Origin: Flavobacteriales bacterium
Lineage (GTDB): Bacteria > Bacteroidota > Bacteroidia > Flavobacteriales_C > CBFIFL01
NCBI GenBank assembly: GCA_965661855.1
Contig: CBFIFL010000004.1
Location: 7,147-71,146, forward strand
Reading direction: 5' to 3'
Length of the DNA stretch: 64,000 bases
Position numbers and translations under genes: made by a program. Positions 1 through 9,675 of this stretch are shown one piece after another; the first letter of the stretch is position 1, and each line of letters opens with the position of its first letter. A model generated the notes under the pieces. It was not told where the DNA came from. It searched no databases and was given only the letters and a program-made list of their open reading frames with translations.

Positions 1-300
1 AACAGCTTCTGAACTTAAAGTCAAGGCCTTTACATCATTAATGCTTTCTATATCCTTTAAGCTGATTACAGATTTATCAAATGATTTTCCATGGCTTGGC
101 TCAATAACAAGATCGGGTGAAAAGTTTGAATACAGATCTTCCACAAGTTGGTTCATGCCATTCATGACCGACATGATTAAGACTAAAGCAGCACTGGTAA
201 CGGCAATAACTGTAACGCTAATTTTTGTGATTACGTTAATTAGGTTATTGCTTTTTTTAGCAAAGAGATAGCGTTTTGCTATGTAAAACGATAGTTTCAC
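1..300 (-). CDS. FtsX-like ABC transporter permease (LolE-like), 5' part only; the gene runs off the left edge of the window
   Basis: Manual minus-strand translation from a GTG at 300..298 gives VKLSFYIAKRYLFAKKSNNLINVITKISVTVIAVTSAALVLIMSVMNGMNQLVEDLYSNFSPDLVIEPSHGKSFDK, the typical N-terminus and first TM helix of FtsX/LolE permeases. The start directly abuts the rbfA stop codon (TAG at 303..301). This gene is not in the supplied ORF track. Confidence 0.6.
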   Translation of the reverse strand, partial: MKLSFYIAKRYLFAKKSNNLINVITKISVTVIAVTSAALVLIMSVMNGMNQLVEDLYSNFSPDLVIEPSHGKSFDKSVISLKDIESINDVKALTLSSEAV

Positions 301-630
301 CTAATCTTTTAATAGGTTTTCTATGTTTTCTAGATAATCGTTAGAATCATCTAAATAGAAAATAAACTCTGGAGTTCTTCTCAGTTGATGTCTAGTAATG
401 GTCGCAAACTCTTTTCTAATTTCGAAAATGTCTTCTTTAACCTTTTCAAATATTACTTCAGAATCTCCTGGAAAAATACTAACGTAAACCTTAGCAACAC
501 CTAAATCAGGAGAAACACGTACTTGAGTGACAGTCACCAATCCTCCGTAATTATTTGTTCTTACTTGAAGAATGTTACCTAACTCTTTGTGAATTAATCT
601 TGATATTTTTTGCTGTCTAACTGACGACAT
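301..630 (-). CDS. rbfA: ribosome-binding factor A
   Basis: 109 aa. The full length resembles RbfA (KVYVSIFPG...RRTPEFIFYLD). Confidence 0.85.
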   Translation of the reverse strand: MSSVRQQKISRLIHKELGNILQVRTNNYGGLVTVTQVRVSPDLGVAKVYVSIFPGDSEVIFEKVKEDIFEIRKEFATITRHQLRRTPEFIFYLDDSNDYLENIENLLKD

Positions 631-731
631 ATAGTTTTTTTAAGTGTTTAGTTATTGGTGATTAGTGCTTAGGTATATTATGTGTTGAGTTCTTAAACCC
701 TACTACCTAAGCACTATTCACTTATTCCTTC

Positions 732-1919
732 TTAATCTCTAATAGCTTTTACTCCTGGTAAAACTTTACCTTCTAAGTACTCAAGTAATGCTCCACCTCC
801 TGTAGATACATAACTTACTTGATCAACTAGGTTAAACTTATTAATTGCAGCAACTGAATCACCACCACCAATTAATGAATAAGCACCTTTTTCTGTTGCT
901 TTAGCAATTGCATGAGCTACAGATTTAGTTCCTTTTTCAAATTTTGACATTTCGAATACTCCCATCGGTCCATTCCACAATATCATTGCTGAATCTTCAA
1001 TAACCTTAGCATATTCTTCAATTGTATTGTCTCCAATGTCTAATCCCATCCAACCATCAGCGATTTCTTTTACCGATGTTTCTGAAGTGTTAGCATCATT
1101 TGAAAATGCATCTCCATTAACAGAATCACTTGGTAATAAAAGTTGAACATTTTTAGCCTTAGCTTCTTCAATTAAAGAAAGAGCTAAGTCTAACTTGTCG
1201 TCTTCAACTAATGAAGAACCAACTTGTCCACCTTGTGCTTTAGCAAAAGTATAAGCCATACCACCTCCGATAATAAGGTTGTCGACTCTGTCTAAAAGCT
1301 GTTGAATGATATCGATTTTAGAAGAAACTTTAGCTCCCCCCATAATTGCAGTCATTGGTTTTTTAGAAGCACCTAAAACTCTATCAATACTTTCTAGCTC
1401 ACCGCCTAATAAAAGACCAAACATTTTATCGTTTGGAAAGAATTGAGCGATAGTTGCTGTTGAAGCATGTTCTCTATGTGCAGTTCCAAATGCATCATTT
1501 ACATAAACATCACCATGTGCACTTAACTTTTTCGCAAAGTCAACATCACCAGCTTTTTCTTCACCATGATATCTTAAGTTGTCTAATAAAACTACTTTAC
1601 CAGGACTTAAGTCTTTTGTGATATTGAAAGCTTCATCGCTAATACAATCTCCTGCAAAAGTAACCTCTGTTCCAACTTTTTCCGAAACGTGGTTTACGAT
1701 GTGCTTTAAAGAGAATTCGTTTTCTTGAGCTTTTGGTCTACCTAAGTGAGACATTAAAACTACACTACCACCTCTTTTTAGGATAGACTTAATAGTTGGA
1801 ATAGCTGCGCGAATTCTTGTGTCATCTGTGATTTGAAAGTCACCGTTTAATGGAACGTTAAAATCAACTCTAATTAAGGCTCTTTTACCTTCGAAATTAT
1901 AATCGTTAAATGAAATCAT
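732..1919 (-). CDS. pgk: phosphoglycerate kinase
   Basis: PGK motifs are present (RVDFNVPL, LMSHLGRPK, GGGMAYTF). The ORF track starts at 2009, but the conserved N-terminus begins at the internal Met (MISFNDYNF...), which is an ATG at 1919. The longer form would overlap the upstream gene. Confidence 0.9.
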   Translation of the reverse strand: MISFNDYNFEGKRALIRVDFNVPLNGDFQITDDTRIRAAIPTIKSILKRGGSVVLMSHLGRPKAQENEFSLKHIVNHVSEKVGTEVTFAGDCISDEAFNITKDLSPGKVVLLDNLRYHGEEKAGDVDFAKKLSAHGDVYVNDAFGTAHREHASTATIAQFFPNDKMFGLLLGGELESIDRVLGASKKPMTAIMGGAKVSSKIDIIQQLLDRVDNLIIGGGMAYTFAKAQGGQVGSSLVEDDKLDLALSLIEEAKAKNVQLLLPSDSVNGDAFSNDANTSETSVKEIADGWMGLDIGDNTIEEYAKVIEDSAMILWNGPMGVFEMSKFEKGTKSVAHAIAKATEKGAYSLIGGGDSVAAINKFNLVDQVSYVSTGGGALLEYLEGKVLPGVKAIRD

Positions 1920-1962
1920 GATATCTGTTAAATGATTACTGCAAAGATACAACTTTAAGCTT

Positions 1963-2676
1963 TTATAGCTTTGTAAGTCTTGCCAAGTAATCATAATGCT
2001 CTCCTTCAAGTAGCATTTCGAATTTTAAAGCACATTTTTGAGCAATTTCTTCCAATCGTTTAGCATCAATAAATAACCAGTCGAAGGCATTTCCTTTTTG
2101 CGATTTGTATTCGAACTGATACTCTAATTCTCCATAATACTTAGCGTTCAAATCTACCCATTGCGAACCATCGTCATCCATATATAAATAACTGATATCT
2201 GATGAGTCTAAAAGAATTTGTCCACCTGGTTTTAAAGCTCCAGAAAGTTTATGAAGTAGGAGAGGAAGGGTGTCTAAACTTACAGCAAGACCAATTCCAT
2301 TCATCAACAATAGAATGGTATCGTATTGCTCTAAGTCAAGTTGATAGATGTTTCCTTGTATAACCGATTGAATTCCGTCTGCTTGCATTGCTTTACAGGC
2401 TAATGGACTTATTTCAATCGCATCAACTTGAAATCCTTTTTCCTGAAGGTATTTAGCATGACATCCAGCGCCAGCGCCAATATCTAGAACTTTGCCTTTT
2501 GATTCATCTAATGCCTTTTGTTCAATAGCAGGCATGTCTTTATAGGGGCGAAATAAATATGGAATTGGAATTTCGTCTGTTTCTGTATGAGAACAGTGTA
2601 CTAATAATTCTTGATTGCGAATTCCTTGTTTGTAATCCCAGATGGCTTGACCAATTGGGTCTATTTTCAAATCCAT
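1963..2676 (-). CDS. class I SAM-dependent methyltransferase
   Basis: Contains the SAM-binding motif I VLDIGAGAGCHAKYL and a Rossmann-fold methyltransferase layout. Confidence 0.6.
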   Translation of the reverse strand: MDLKIDPIGQAIWDYKQGIRNQELLVHCSHTETDEIPIPYLFRPYKDMPAIEQKALDESKGKVLDIGAGAGCHAKYLQEKGFQVDAIEISPLACKAMQADGIQSVIQGNIYQLDLEQYDTILLLMNGIGLAVSLDTLPLLLHKLSGALKPGGQILLDSSDISYLYMDDDGSQWVDLNAKYYGELEYQFEYKSQKGNAFDWLFIDAKRLEEIAQKCALKFEMLLEGEHYDYLARLTKL

Positions 2677-3176
2677 TTACTTAATGTTTTAACTAACCAA
2701 TATTCTTCAGCATTCATTAGTTTTTCAGAAAGCTCCATTGATTTATTTGCGAAAATGCTAATGTCTTCAATCATTGAATTAAAAGCAGCTTGATCTTCAT
2801 TTTCTTCGGAATCACTGTTTATTGTAAACTTCTCTTGAAGCTTAAGTAAAGGCTCTAATTCTTTTTTTCTTCGCTGAATCATGATACACTTTGCAACGGT
2901 TGGCATGTTCTTTTCAGCAGAGAAGTATTCTTTTCGGTCTCCTCTTTTAAAAGATTTGTGGACCAATCCCCAATCTATTAGGATACGAACATTCATATTC
3001 GAGTTTCCTCTAGAAATCTTAAGCTGATCCATGATTTCATCGGTGCTTAAAACAGAAGGACTTATAAGTAACAGCGCATGGATTTGAGCCATGGTTTTAT
3101 TGATACCCCAGTTAGGACCTAGTTGCCCCCATAAGTCAATAAAATCATCTTTAGCTTTTTCAAAATCCATCATCAT
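2667..3176 (-). CDS. GbsR/MarR-family winged-helix transcriptional regulator
   Basis: N-terminal WG..G pattern, an HTH segment (STDEIMDQLKISRGNSNMNVRILIDWGLV) and a GDRKEYF motif typical of GbsR-type regulators. Confidence 0.45.
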   Translation of the reverse strand: MMMDFEKAKDDFIDLWGQLGPNWGINKTMAQIHALLLISPSVLSTDEIMDQLKISRGNSNMNVRILIDWGLVHKSFKRGDRKEYFSAEKNMPTVAKCIMIQRRKKELEPLLKLQEKFTINSDSEENEDQAAFNSMIEDISIFANKSMELSEKLMNAEEYWLVKTLSKWI

Positions 3177-3181
3177 TACAA

Positions 3182-4435
3182 TTAGTTCATGTACTTAATG
3201 TCATCCAATTCTTTGATCACTCTTTTCTTAATCTCGTTGTACTTCTCCGTATTTCCTTTTGAAATTGGCTTTGATGCAGGCATCTTTTGCTTATAAGGAT
3301 CTACTTGCTTACCATTTTTCCAAAAACGATAGCATAAGTGTGGACCAGTAGCTAGTCCAGTAGCTCCAACATAACCAATCACGTCCCCTTGTCTAACTCG
3401 CTTTCCTTTTCTAATTCCAGATTTGATTTTAGACATATGTAAGTACTGAGTAGTGTAAGTACCGTTGTGTTTCACTTTAACATAGTTTCCATTGTATTTA
3501 CTGTATTTAGCAGCAATCACGGTTCCATCTGCAACTGTTCTAATAGGTGTTCCGGTCGGAGCAGCATAGTCAGTTCCTAAGTGTGCCTTGTATCTTTTTT
3601 GAACAGGATGAAATCGCTTTTTTGTATACCTGGATGAGATTCTAGAGAACTTCAAAGGAGCTTTTAGGAAAGCTTTTCTAAGACTTCTATTGTCTTGATC
3701 ATAGTAATCTCCAATCTTATCTTGTTCAAACCAAATGGCGTAGTTATCTTCTTTTCTGTGCTTGAAGTAAGCATATTTAATTTCTCCAATTCCAACAGAA
3801 ACACCGTCTACAAAACGCTCTTCAAAAACTACTTTGAAAGCATCGTTTTTCTGGATTCTATAAAAGTCAATAGACCAAGCATAAATTTCTGAAAGCTCAG
3901 AAGCAAGCATTGGGTTAACACCAATATCTAACATGGTTTGGTACAATGAGTTTTTAATAATTCCTCCTACCGATTTTGTAACCAGCTTAACAGGTTTACG
4001 ATGACGACTTGCAGTTACTTTTTCTCCAATCTCAAAAATTACATATTGAGTTCTAGTGATTTCATAGATGAAGTATTGTGCTTTTGGTAAAGAATCTTGC
4101 GTACAAAGTAACGTGTATTTGTGGTCTGCAGCTAGCTTTCGAATATCAAAAACGTCTTTAGTTTCTTTAACTAATTGATCAATTTTCGGATAAGGGATTT
4201 TATACTTTAGAAGAATATCAGCTAAGAATTGATTCGCCTTGATTTTATCTTCAACTACGTAAAATGAGTCTGGATGAAAACCATACAAAAGCTTAGTTTC
4301 GACTTGATTACTATCTAGATGAAGAGCAGTCTCTTCATTGTTAATCTCTGAATCCTGACTTGGTTTCAGCATGATGTACATTAATGAAAGAACCAATATA
4401 CCTGCTAAAACCTTTATAATTACCCCCTTTTTCAC
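3182..4435 (-). CDS. M23-family metallopeptidase with an N-terminal membrane anchor
   Basis: The C-terminal domain carries M23 motifs (HLGTDYAAPTGTPIRTVADGTV, GYVGATGLATGPHLCYRF). Confidence 0.8.
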   Translation of the reverse strand: MKKGVIIKVLAGILVLSLMYIMLKPSQDSEINNEETALHLDSNQVETKLLYGFHPDSFYVVEDKIKANQFLADILLKYKIPYPKIDQLVKETKDVFDIRKLAADHKYTLLCTQDSLPKAQYFIYEITRTQYVIFEIGEKVTASRHRKPVKLVTKSVGGIIKNSLYQTMLDIGVNPMLASELSEIYAWSIDFYRIQKNDAFKVVFEERFVDGVSVGIGEIKYAYFKHRKEDNYAIWFEQDKIGDYYDQDNRSLRKAFLKAPLKFSRISSRYTKKRFHPVQKRYKAHLGTDYAAPTGTPIRTVADGTVIAAKYSKYNGNYVKVKHNGTYTTQYLHMSKIKSGIRKGKRVRQGDVIGYVGATGLATGPHLCYRFWKNGKQVDPYKQKMPASKPISKGNTEKYNEIKKRVIKELDDIKYMN

Positions 4436-4462
4436 ACTTTACATTTTAATGAAATGAAGATC

Positions 4463-4490
4463 AAAAAAAAGATCCCCCATAAGGGAGATC
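4463..4490 (-). terminator. rho-independent terminator for the 4529..5311 gene (minus-strand reading: gatctccc-ttat-gggggatc followed by U8)
   Basis: Seen in the sequence: an 8-bp stem (one G-U pair) plus an 8-nt T-run on the minus strand, immediately after the gene's stop. Confidence 0.55.
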
Positions 4491-4528
4491 AATGGTATTA
4501 TTTATTCACACGGCTTAGTGATTAAAGC

Positions 4529-5311
4529 TTAATCCTTCACCTTAGCTAATTTGTGTAAAAGTCCTTCTGTTTCGTTTAAATCCATTTTAATGGAACCAAC
4601 AACCACATTCGCTTGAACTCTAACCGGAACTTTATTTGGATCGTCTGAAATCCAAACGGTCATGTCTTCTTCTTCTTTAAATACTCGACCAACTTGTAAA
4701 AGTGGTCTAAACTTTAAACACCTGATATCTCCAATGTCACTATCCAAAGTGTCTTTTCCAATGTATTTAATCATCAAAGGATAGTTTTCATTGTCAAAGA
4801 ATGTATTGATACTTACTGTATCATTTAAGGCCAAGTTTTCTAAATCTAATGTACGCGCATAATAAAAGGCCGATAACAGATCCTGACAATAAGCAGGAAC
4901 TACATATGCTGAATCATCAACTACTGCTTTCTTTTTGTATTGATTGAATAAAACAGTACGGTCAAGTTTGTAACTTCCTTCTTCAACATTTCTAATGAAC
5001 AACCAAGGCATTAGCGATTCTTCATCTAGATATGATTCATAATTATCTCTAACCTTAAAGAACCAATTAAAAGCACCTAGTGATTTTCCTTTTCCAACAA
5101 GGTGTAGTGTTTTTCTTTTACCAATAATAGTAGAATCTTCTTTTACCTCTAAAACGGCTTCGCCAGCATTTATCAGTCCGTAATGAACGCGATAGGTTAA
5201 TTTTTCTCCACGAGTAAAAGCTTTGTTTTTCCCCTTCCTAAGTTTAGGTGGAGGAGTAGTAAAACTCAGTAGCGTAACACAGATGCTTAATATGACTAAA
5301 GTAACTTTCAT
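4529..5311 (-). CDS. DUF3108-like secreted protein
   Basis: Has a signal peptide and the YRVHYG..INAGEA pattern typical of DUF3108 proteins. No enzymatic motifs were found. Confidence 0.4.
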   Translation of the reverse strand: MKVTLVILSICVTLLSFTTPPPKLRKGKNKAFTRGEKLTYRVHYGLINAGEAVLEVKEDSTIIGKRKTLHLVGKGKSLGAFNWFFKVRDNYESYLDEESLMPWLFIRNVEEGSYKLDRTVLFNQYKKKAVVDDSAYVVPAYCQDLLSAFYYARTLDLENLALNDTVSINTFFDNENYPLMIKYIGKDTLDSDIGDIRCLKFRPLLQVGRVFKEEEDMTVWISDDPNKVPVRVQANVVVGSIKMDLNETEGLLHKLAKVKD

Positions 5312-5402
5312 GCTTAATACTAATCAAAGATGGTGCCAGACCATTTTTTAACTAATAACGTAATATGTCTTTTTAGGTTGTTGAACCATGAAAGTTTTAA
5401 GC

Positions 5403-5438
5403 AAAAAAAAGGTCTAAGAAATTAATCTTAGACCTTTA
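5403..5438 (-). terminator. rho-independent terminator for the PpiD-like gene
   Basis: The minus strand reads aaaggtctaaga-(8 nt loop)-tcttagaccttt followed by U-run. The stem is about 11 bp. Confidence 0.65.
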
Positions 5439-5456
5439 TATTATTTTCTGGTGCGC

Positions 5457-7589
5457 TTATTTCTTCGCAACGAATACTTTTTCTCTGTGATCTTCTACTT
5501 CTAGAAGTTCTTCGTATGCTTCTAACAATTTACTTGAAGCATGCTTTCTACTCATCTGATTCCACTTAGAGATATCATCATCTAAATTAGCATCATCAGC
5601 TTCAGCAATAACTTCATCAACTCTAAATGCGAATACTTCATTACCTGCTACGAAAGGACCACATACTTCTCCTTTTGCAGCTTTTTCTAATCTACCTAAG
5701 ATCTCTCCAGAGTATACTCTGTTTAAACCAGTTGATTCGAAAGATGCAGCATTATCTGTTTCAACAGTAAGTTGGAAAGCAGCAGCTAACGTTTCTAATG
5801 TATTTGATTTAGACAATTCAGCTTTCATTTTACTTTGTAAAGCTTCAGCTCTCGCCTTGTCCATTAATTTAGCTTTGATCAAATCCTTAGCATCTTCAAA
5901 AGCAATATGCTTATCGCTACTAGCACCTGAAACAGCAGCTACAACAAAAGAGTTACCAAAGGAGAATGGCGTAGATACTGCACCAACTTCATTTTGGAAA
6001 GCCCAGATAACCATGTTTCTTGGGTTGTTTAATCCGATAACTTCAAAAGACATTGGAGTTAATCCTTTTTTGTTTGAGTTGAATAAACTTGGATCGTTTA
6101 AGATCGCAGCTTCAAAATCAGCTAAGTTCTCTAAACCTCTAGCAAATCTTGATGCTTTCAATGAGTAAGTACCAATCGTTCTTTTAGAAGCTCTAATCTC
6201 TCTGTCGATTTTAGCAAATCTTACCTTTTCTGATTTTTTCGATTGCTTTTGAACCAAGATTACGTGGAATCCAAATCTTGATTCAACCAATTTAACTTCT
6301 CCTCTTTTCTTAGCTAAGAAACAAGCGTCGTTGAATGAAGGAACCATTCTTCCTTGACCAAACCATCCTAAGTTTCCTCCTTTAGCTCCTGATCCTAAAT
6401 CTTTAGATAAAGCAATTGCAGACTTAGCAAATCCAGCACTGTCTTTTTCAAAAACAGCTAATAAACTATCAGCCATTGCTTTTGCTTGCTCTTTTGTTTT
6501 AGTTTCTTCAGGACCCGCATTTTGCAGACCTTGCCAAGTGATTAAGATATGAGCAGCCTTAACCGAATCAGAAATCATTTCTTTTTTAGCTGGCGTGTAT
6601 AATGTCCATTTTGAACCAGATCTTACAGGACCAATAATAGCGTTCTCATCTTCGAATAAATTTTCAATTCCTTTGTCAGCTAATTCTTCTTTGCTGTAGA
6701 ACATTATATCTTGATTTCTGTCGATGTTTTGAGAATAAGAAGCTCTTCTTTCAGCATTCATTCCTTTCATCTCAGAAGCATAAGACAATAATGCCTCTTT
6801 AGTATCATTGATATCTTGAGCATCAGCATTGATTCGGAATTCAACATACTTTACATCTCTTGTTGCTTCCGTTTCGAATTCAGCAAGATTGTTGTTGTAG
6901 TATGCTTTCATTTCATCATCAGAGATGTTTACATCTGCTTCTTCAATAACGTTAGAAGACTGATGAACAAATGATACTTTGTATTTTCTGTTATTGTTTA
7001 CGTCAGCTTGCTTAGCCATTAACTGCGTGTCAAACATTCCGTACTTAACAAGGTTGTTGTATTTTTCTTTCTTTCTAACATCCATTAAAGAATAGTTAGC
7101 GAAGTTATCCCAGTAACTAGAAATTTGAGGGTTCTGAGAAGCTTCAGAAATCATATTTCTGATAGCTCCACCACCAACACCATATTGAATACCATATCTT
7201 CCGTTAAAAGATTGATCAATTTGCATTGCCGCAGAATAAACTTGAGGATGAACGTTTTCGTACAATAAGTGGTTTCTCTCGTCTTCTGAAAAAGAAAGAT
7301 TTACATTATCAAAAATATGCTTGTAGATGTTTCTTTGAACGAACTCACCCCAAGCTTTTTCATGAATATCTTCTCTTTGCTTATCAGTAGAAGCGTTTTG
7401 ATTACCAGTGTAATTACTGTATTCTTCTGTTCCGATTTCATAATCACCTACCATTCCAGCAACGCTATAGTCTTCACTAAAGCTACTAGCACTTGTAAGT
7501 AGATCTCCTAAAAGGAATAAAACCATCGCTATACCAATGATAACTACCATTAGTCCAGCTTTATCTCTCATCTTTTGAATTACCGCCAT
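5457..7589 (-). CDS. periplasmic chaperone/peptidyl-prolyl isomerase of the PpiD/SurA family
   Basis: N-terminal single TM anchor. Parvulin domain present (AAHILITWQG..., GNLGWFGQGRMVPSFNDACF). The 710-aa size is typical of PpiD. Confidence 0.65.
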   Translation of the reverse strand: MAVIQKMRDKAGLMVVIIGIAMVLFLLGDLLTSASSFSEDYSVAGMVGDYEIGTEEYSNYTGNQNASTDKQREDIHEKAWGEFVQRNIYKHIFDNVNLSFSEDERNHLLYENVHPQVYSAAMQIDQSFNGRYGIQYGVGGGAIRNMISEASQNPQISSYWDNFANYSLMDVRKKEKYNNLVKYGMFDTQLMAKQADVNNNRKYKVSFVHQSSNVIEEADVNISDDEMKAYYNNNLAEFETEATRDVKYVEFRINADAQDINDTKEALLSYASEMKGMNAERRASYSQNIDRNQDIMFYSKEELADKGIENLFEDENAIIGPVRSGSKWTLYTPAKKEMISDSVKAAHILITWQGLQNAGPEETKTKEQAKAMADSLLAVFEKDSAGFAKSAIALSKDLGSGAKGGNLGWFGQGRMVPSFNDACFLAKKRGEVKLVESRFGFHVILVQKQSKKSEKVRFAKIDREIRASKRTIGTYSLKASRFARGLENLADFEAAILNDPSLFNSNKKGLTPMSFEVIGLNNPRNMVIWAFQNEVGAVSTPFSFGNSFVVAAVSGASSDKHIAFEDAKDLIKAKLMDKARAEALQSKMKAELSKSNTLETLAAAFQLTVETDNAASFESTGLNRVYSGEILGRLEKAAKGEVCGPFVAGNEVFAFRVDEVIAEADDANLDDDISKWNQMSRKHASSKLLEAYEELLEVEDHREKVFVAKK

Positions 7590-7667
7590 TTCTATTATAA
7601 TTTGAGTGACGCGAATATACGATGAAAGTCGAAATTACTGAAATCTATCTGCCAAAAAATGAAGCGA

Positions 7668-8924
7668 TTAACTCTCTATTTCCTTAACAAATAGTCGAAC
7701 CAGTTCAATTTTGGTGTCAGATACCTTTTCGATAAGGAAACTATATCGGTCTAAGTTGAAATACGTACCACCTTTTGGGATACTTTGGTAATGGTGGATT
7801 ATAAGACCTCCAAGTGTTTCATATTCCTCTGATTCAGGTAGTTGAAGCTTGTGTTCTTCATTTAAATAATCTACCTCTAGTCTCGAAGCAAATAAGAATT
7901 CGTTTTCATTGATTTTAACTTCAACCAAATCAGGGGCATCATGCTCGTCTTCGATCTCTCCGAAAATTTCTTCGATAACATCTTCAATTGTTACCATTCC
8001 AGCTGTTCCTCCAAACTCATCAACGACTACCGCAACGGTTTTTCGTTTTTTCTTGAAGGTGGATAGAAGTTCATCTGCAGGCATGCTCTCAGGAACAATC
8101 ATTATAGGTAACAATATCTGCTTGATTTCTTCCGGTCTTTTAAACATTTCAAAGCTGTCTACTAAACCGATGATATTATCAATATTTTCTCTGTATATCA
8201 GAATTTTAGAGTAGCCCGTTTTTGTAAATTTCTTGCTTAATTTCTCAACCGTATCGTCAATTGATAAAGCAACAATTTCGGTCCTAGGAACCATACACTC
8301 TCTAACTTTGATGGATGAGAAGTCTAATGCATTTTGAAAAATTTGTATTTCATGATCCACTTCCTCTTCTTCATCAACCTGACTAGTGAAGTCTTCCAAG
8401 TATTGGTTTAGATCAATTTTTCCGAACACGGGTTTCTCTTCTTCAAGATCAACGTTAAAACTCCATTTCAGTAATTTTTTAGACACACCAATTACTCCAC
8501 TTACAAAGAAGTATAAGAGATAGTAGACTAGGTTAATAGGGTATGCGAAGAAGCGAAGTGCTGAGTTCGGACTTAATTGAAACAATGATTTTGGTAAGTA
8601 TTCGGCAAGAAATAAGATGACAATGGTTGAAATGATCGTTTGTATTAGTAATATCAACATTGGATTTCCCAATACAGATAACGGCTGACCCAAAACGGCT
8701 TCCATATAAATGGTAAAAACAACAAGTGCTGCGTTGTTACCAATAAGTAAAGTGGCTATGAAACGAGAGGGGTGGCTAACAAATTTTGAGCAGATTTTCG
8801 CAGCAAGTGAACCTTTCTGTGCTTCTAACTCTATTTGCAGCTTAGAACTTGTGATAAAAGCAATCTCCAAACCACTGAATATGGCTGAAAAAAGTAAACT
8901 ACTGATGATGATTATTGCTTCCAC
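7668..8924 (-). CDS. CNNM/CorC/HlyC-family membrane protein (DUF21 + tandem CBS + CorC_HlyC C-domain; GldE/TlyC-like)
   Basis: Four N-terminal TM helices, then a CBS pair and a C-terminal transporter-associated domain. No gldD-like lipoprotein lies downstream, so it is not called gldE. Confidence 0.7.
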   Translation of the reverse strand: MEAIIIISSLLFSAIFSGLEIAFITSSKLQIELEAQKGSLAAKICSKFVSHPSRFIATLLIGNNAALVVFTIYMEAVLGQPLSVLGNPMLILLIQTIISTIVILFLAEYLPKSLFQLSPNSALRFFAYPINLVYYLLYFFVSGVIGVSKKLLKWSFNVDLEEEKPVFGKIDLNQYLEDFTSQVDEEEEVDHEIQIFQNALDFSSIKVRECMVPRTEIVALSIDDTVEKLSKKFTKTGYSKILIYRENIDNIIGLVDSFEMFKRPEEIKQILLPIMIVPESMPADELLSTFKKKRKTVAVVVDEFGGTAGMVTIEDVIEEIFGEIEDEHDAPDLVEVKINENEFLFASRLEVDYLNEEHKLQLPESEEYETLGGLIIHHYQSIPKGGTYFNLDRYSFLIEKVSDTKIELVRLFVKEIES

Positions 8925-9125
8925 CTATTTGTTTTGTTCTTCTTGCATTTTTATTCTTAATCTTCTTCTCAAAAGATAGAATAGGAATATCAAGATAGCA
9001 ATTCCGAAATAAAGATATGATTCAGACCAATCATCGTTTTGACCAACCCAAATACCTAGACCTAACATTAATAAAGAAGCTCCTAAAGACATTGCTTCTC
9101 TGATTTTTAACATCGTTTTATTCAT
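8925..9125 (-). CDS. small 2-TM membrane protein (hypothetical)
   Basis: 66 aa with two hydrophobic helices and a basic C-terminus. It is tightly packed between the flanking genes. Confidence 0.3.
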   Translation of the reverse strand: MNKTMLKIREAMSLGASLLMLGLGIWVGQNDDWSESYLYFGIAILIFLFYLLRRRLRIKMQEEQNK

Positions 9126-9672
9126 CTTTCATTGGAATTTGAGATTTAACCTTCTTTATGTTGTATTGGGTAAAGGTAGCATTACTCACCATTCCTTCTC
9201 CCCATAAAATTTCTTCATCACGAGTGATTTTCACCATTTCTTGAGTAGATATTTCCTCGTCTTCTTCATTGTATATAAGGTGTTCGGTGCTCAGTTCTTC
9301 TCCATTGATGTTGGTTAGAATAACGTTTCCGAAAGCCTCCATGGCTTTACTTTTATCTCGTTTGATCACTTTGTTTGCTTTCAAGATCGTTTGAACTATT
9401 CCGTCTTCATAGAACTTCATGACCACCCCATTATCAAACTCACTTCTTTCATCTTTTCCAGAAAACTGTTTCAATCTTCCGGCTTGAACTTTAGATTGTA
9501 AAATAGCTGAATCAGTATAGCTCAATTGAACATCCGTGTAGGTTGTAACTAAACCTTCTTCTTGTTCCGTATCCAGAGATTTAACCTCTTCTATATCGTT
9601 AGAACAAGAAAAAAGCATCCCCGTTAAAAAAACGAGGATGCTTGAATATTTTAAAAGACTAGATCTTTTCAA
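9118..9672 (-). CDS. lipoprotein, possibly LptC-like
   Basis: Lipobox (LFSC). Size and position (TPR protein - this gene - CNNM protein - PpiD-like) resemble the LptC-containing block conserved in Bacteroidetes. The call rests on synteny only; no motif was confirmed. Confidence 0.35.
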   Translation of the reverse strand: MKRSSLLKYSSILVFLTGMLFSCSNDIEEVKSLDTEQEEGLVTTYTDVQLSYTDSAILQSKVQAGRLKQFSGKDERSEFDNGVVMKFYEDGIVQTILKANKVIKRDKSKAMEAFGNVILTNINGEELSTEHLIYNEEDEEISTQEMVKITRDEEILWGEGMVSNATFTQYNIKKVKSQIPMKDE

Positions 9673-9675
9673 TGA

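Noticed and set aside
41-271. Plus-strand 76-aa ORF at the window start
   Set aside because: It lies entirely antisense to the much better-supported FtsX/LolE-like permease N-terminus on the minus strand. It has no motifs and a hydrophobic, low-complexity sequence.
1920-2009. 30-aa N-terminal extension of pgk
   Set aside because: The conserved PGK N-terminus starts at the internal Met, and the extension overlaps the upstream methyltransferase gene.
9118-9672. Calling the 184-aa lipoprotein GldD because it neighbours a GldE-like CNNM protein
   Set aside because: The gene order (lipoprotein upstream of the CNNM gene, PpiD-like downstream) does not match the gldE-gldD arrangement recalled from Flavobacterium. 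Without a search the call is left as LptC-like or unknown.
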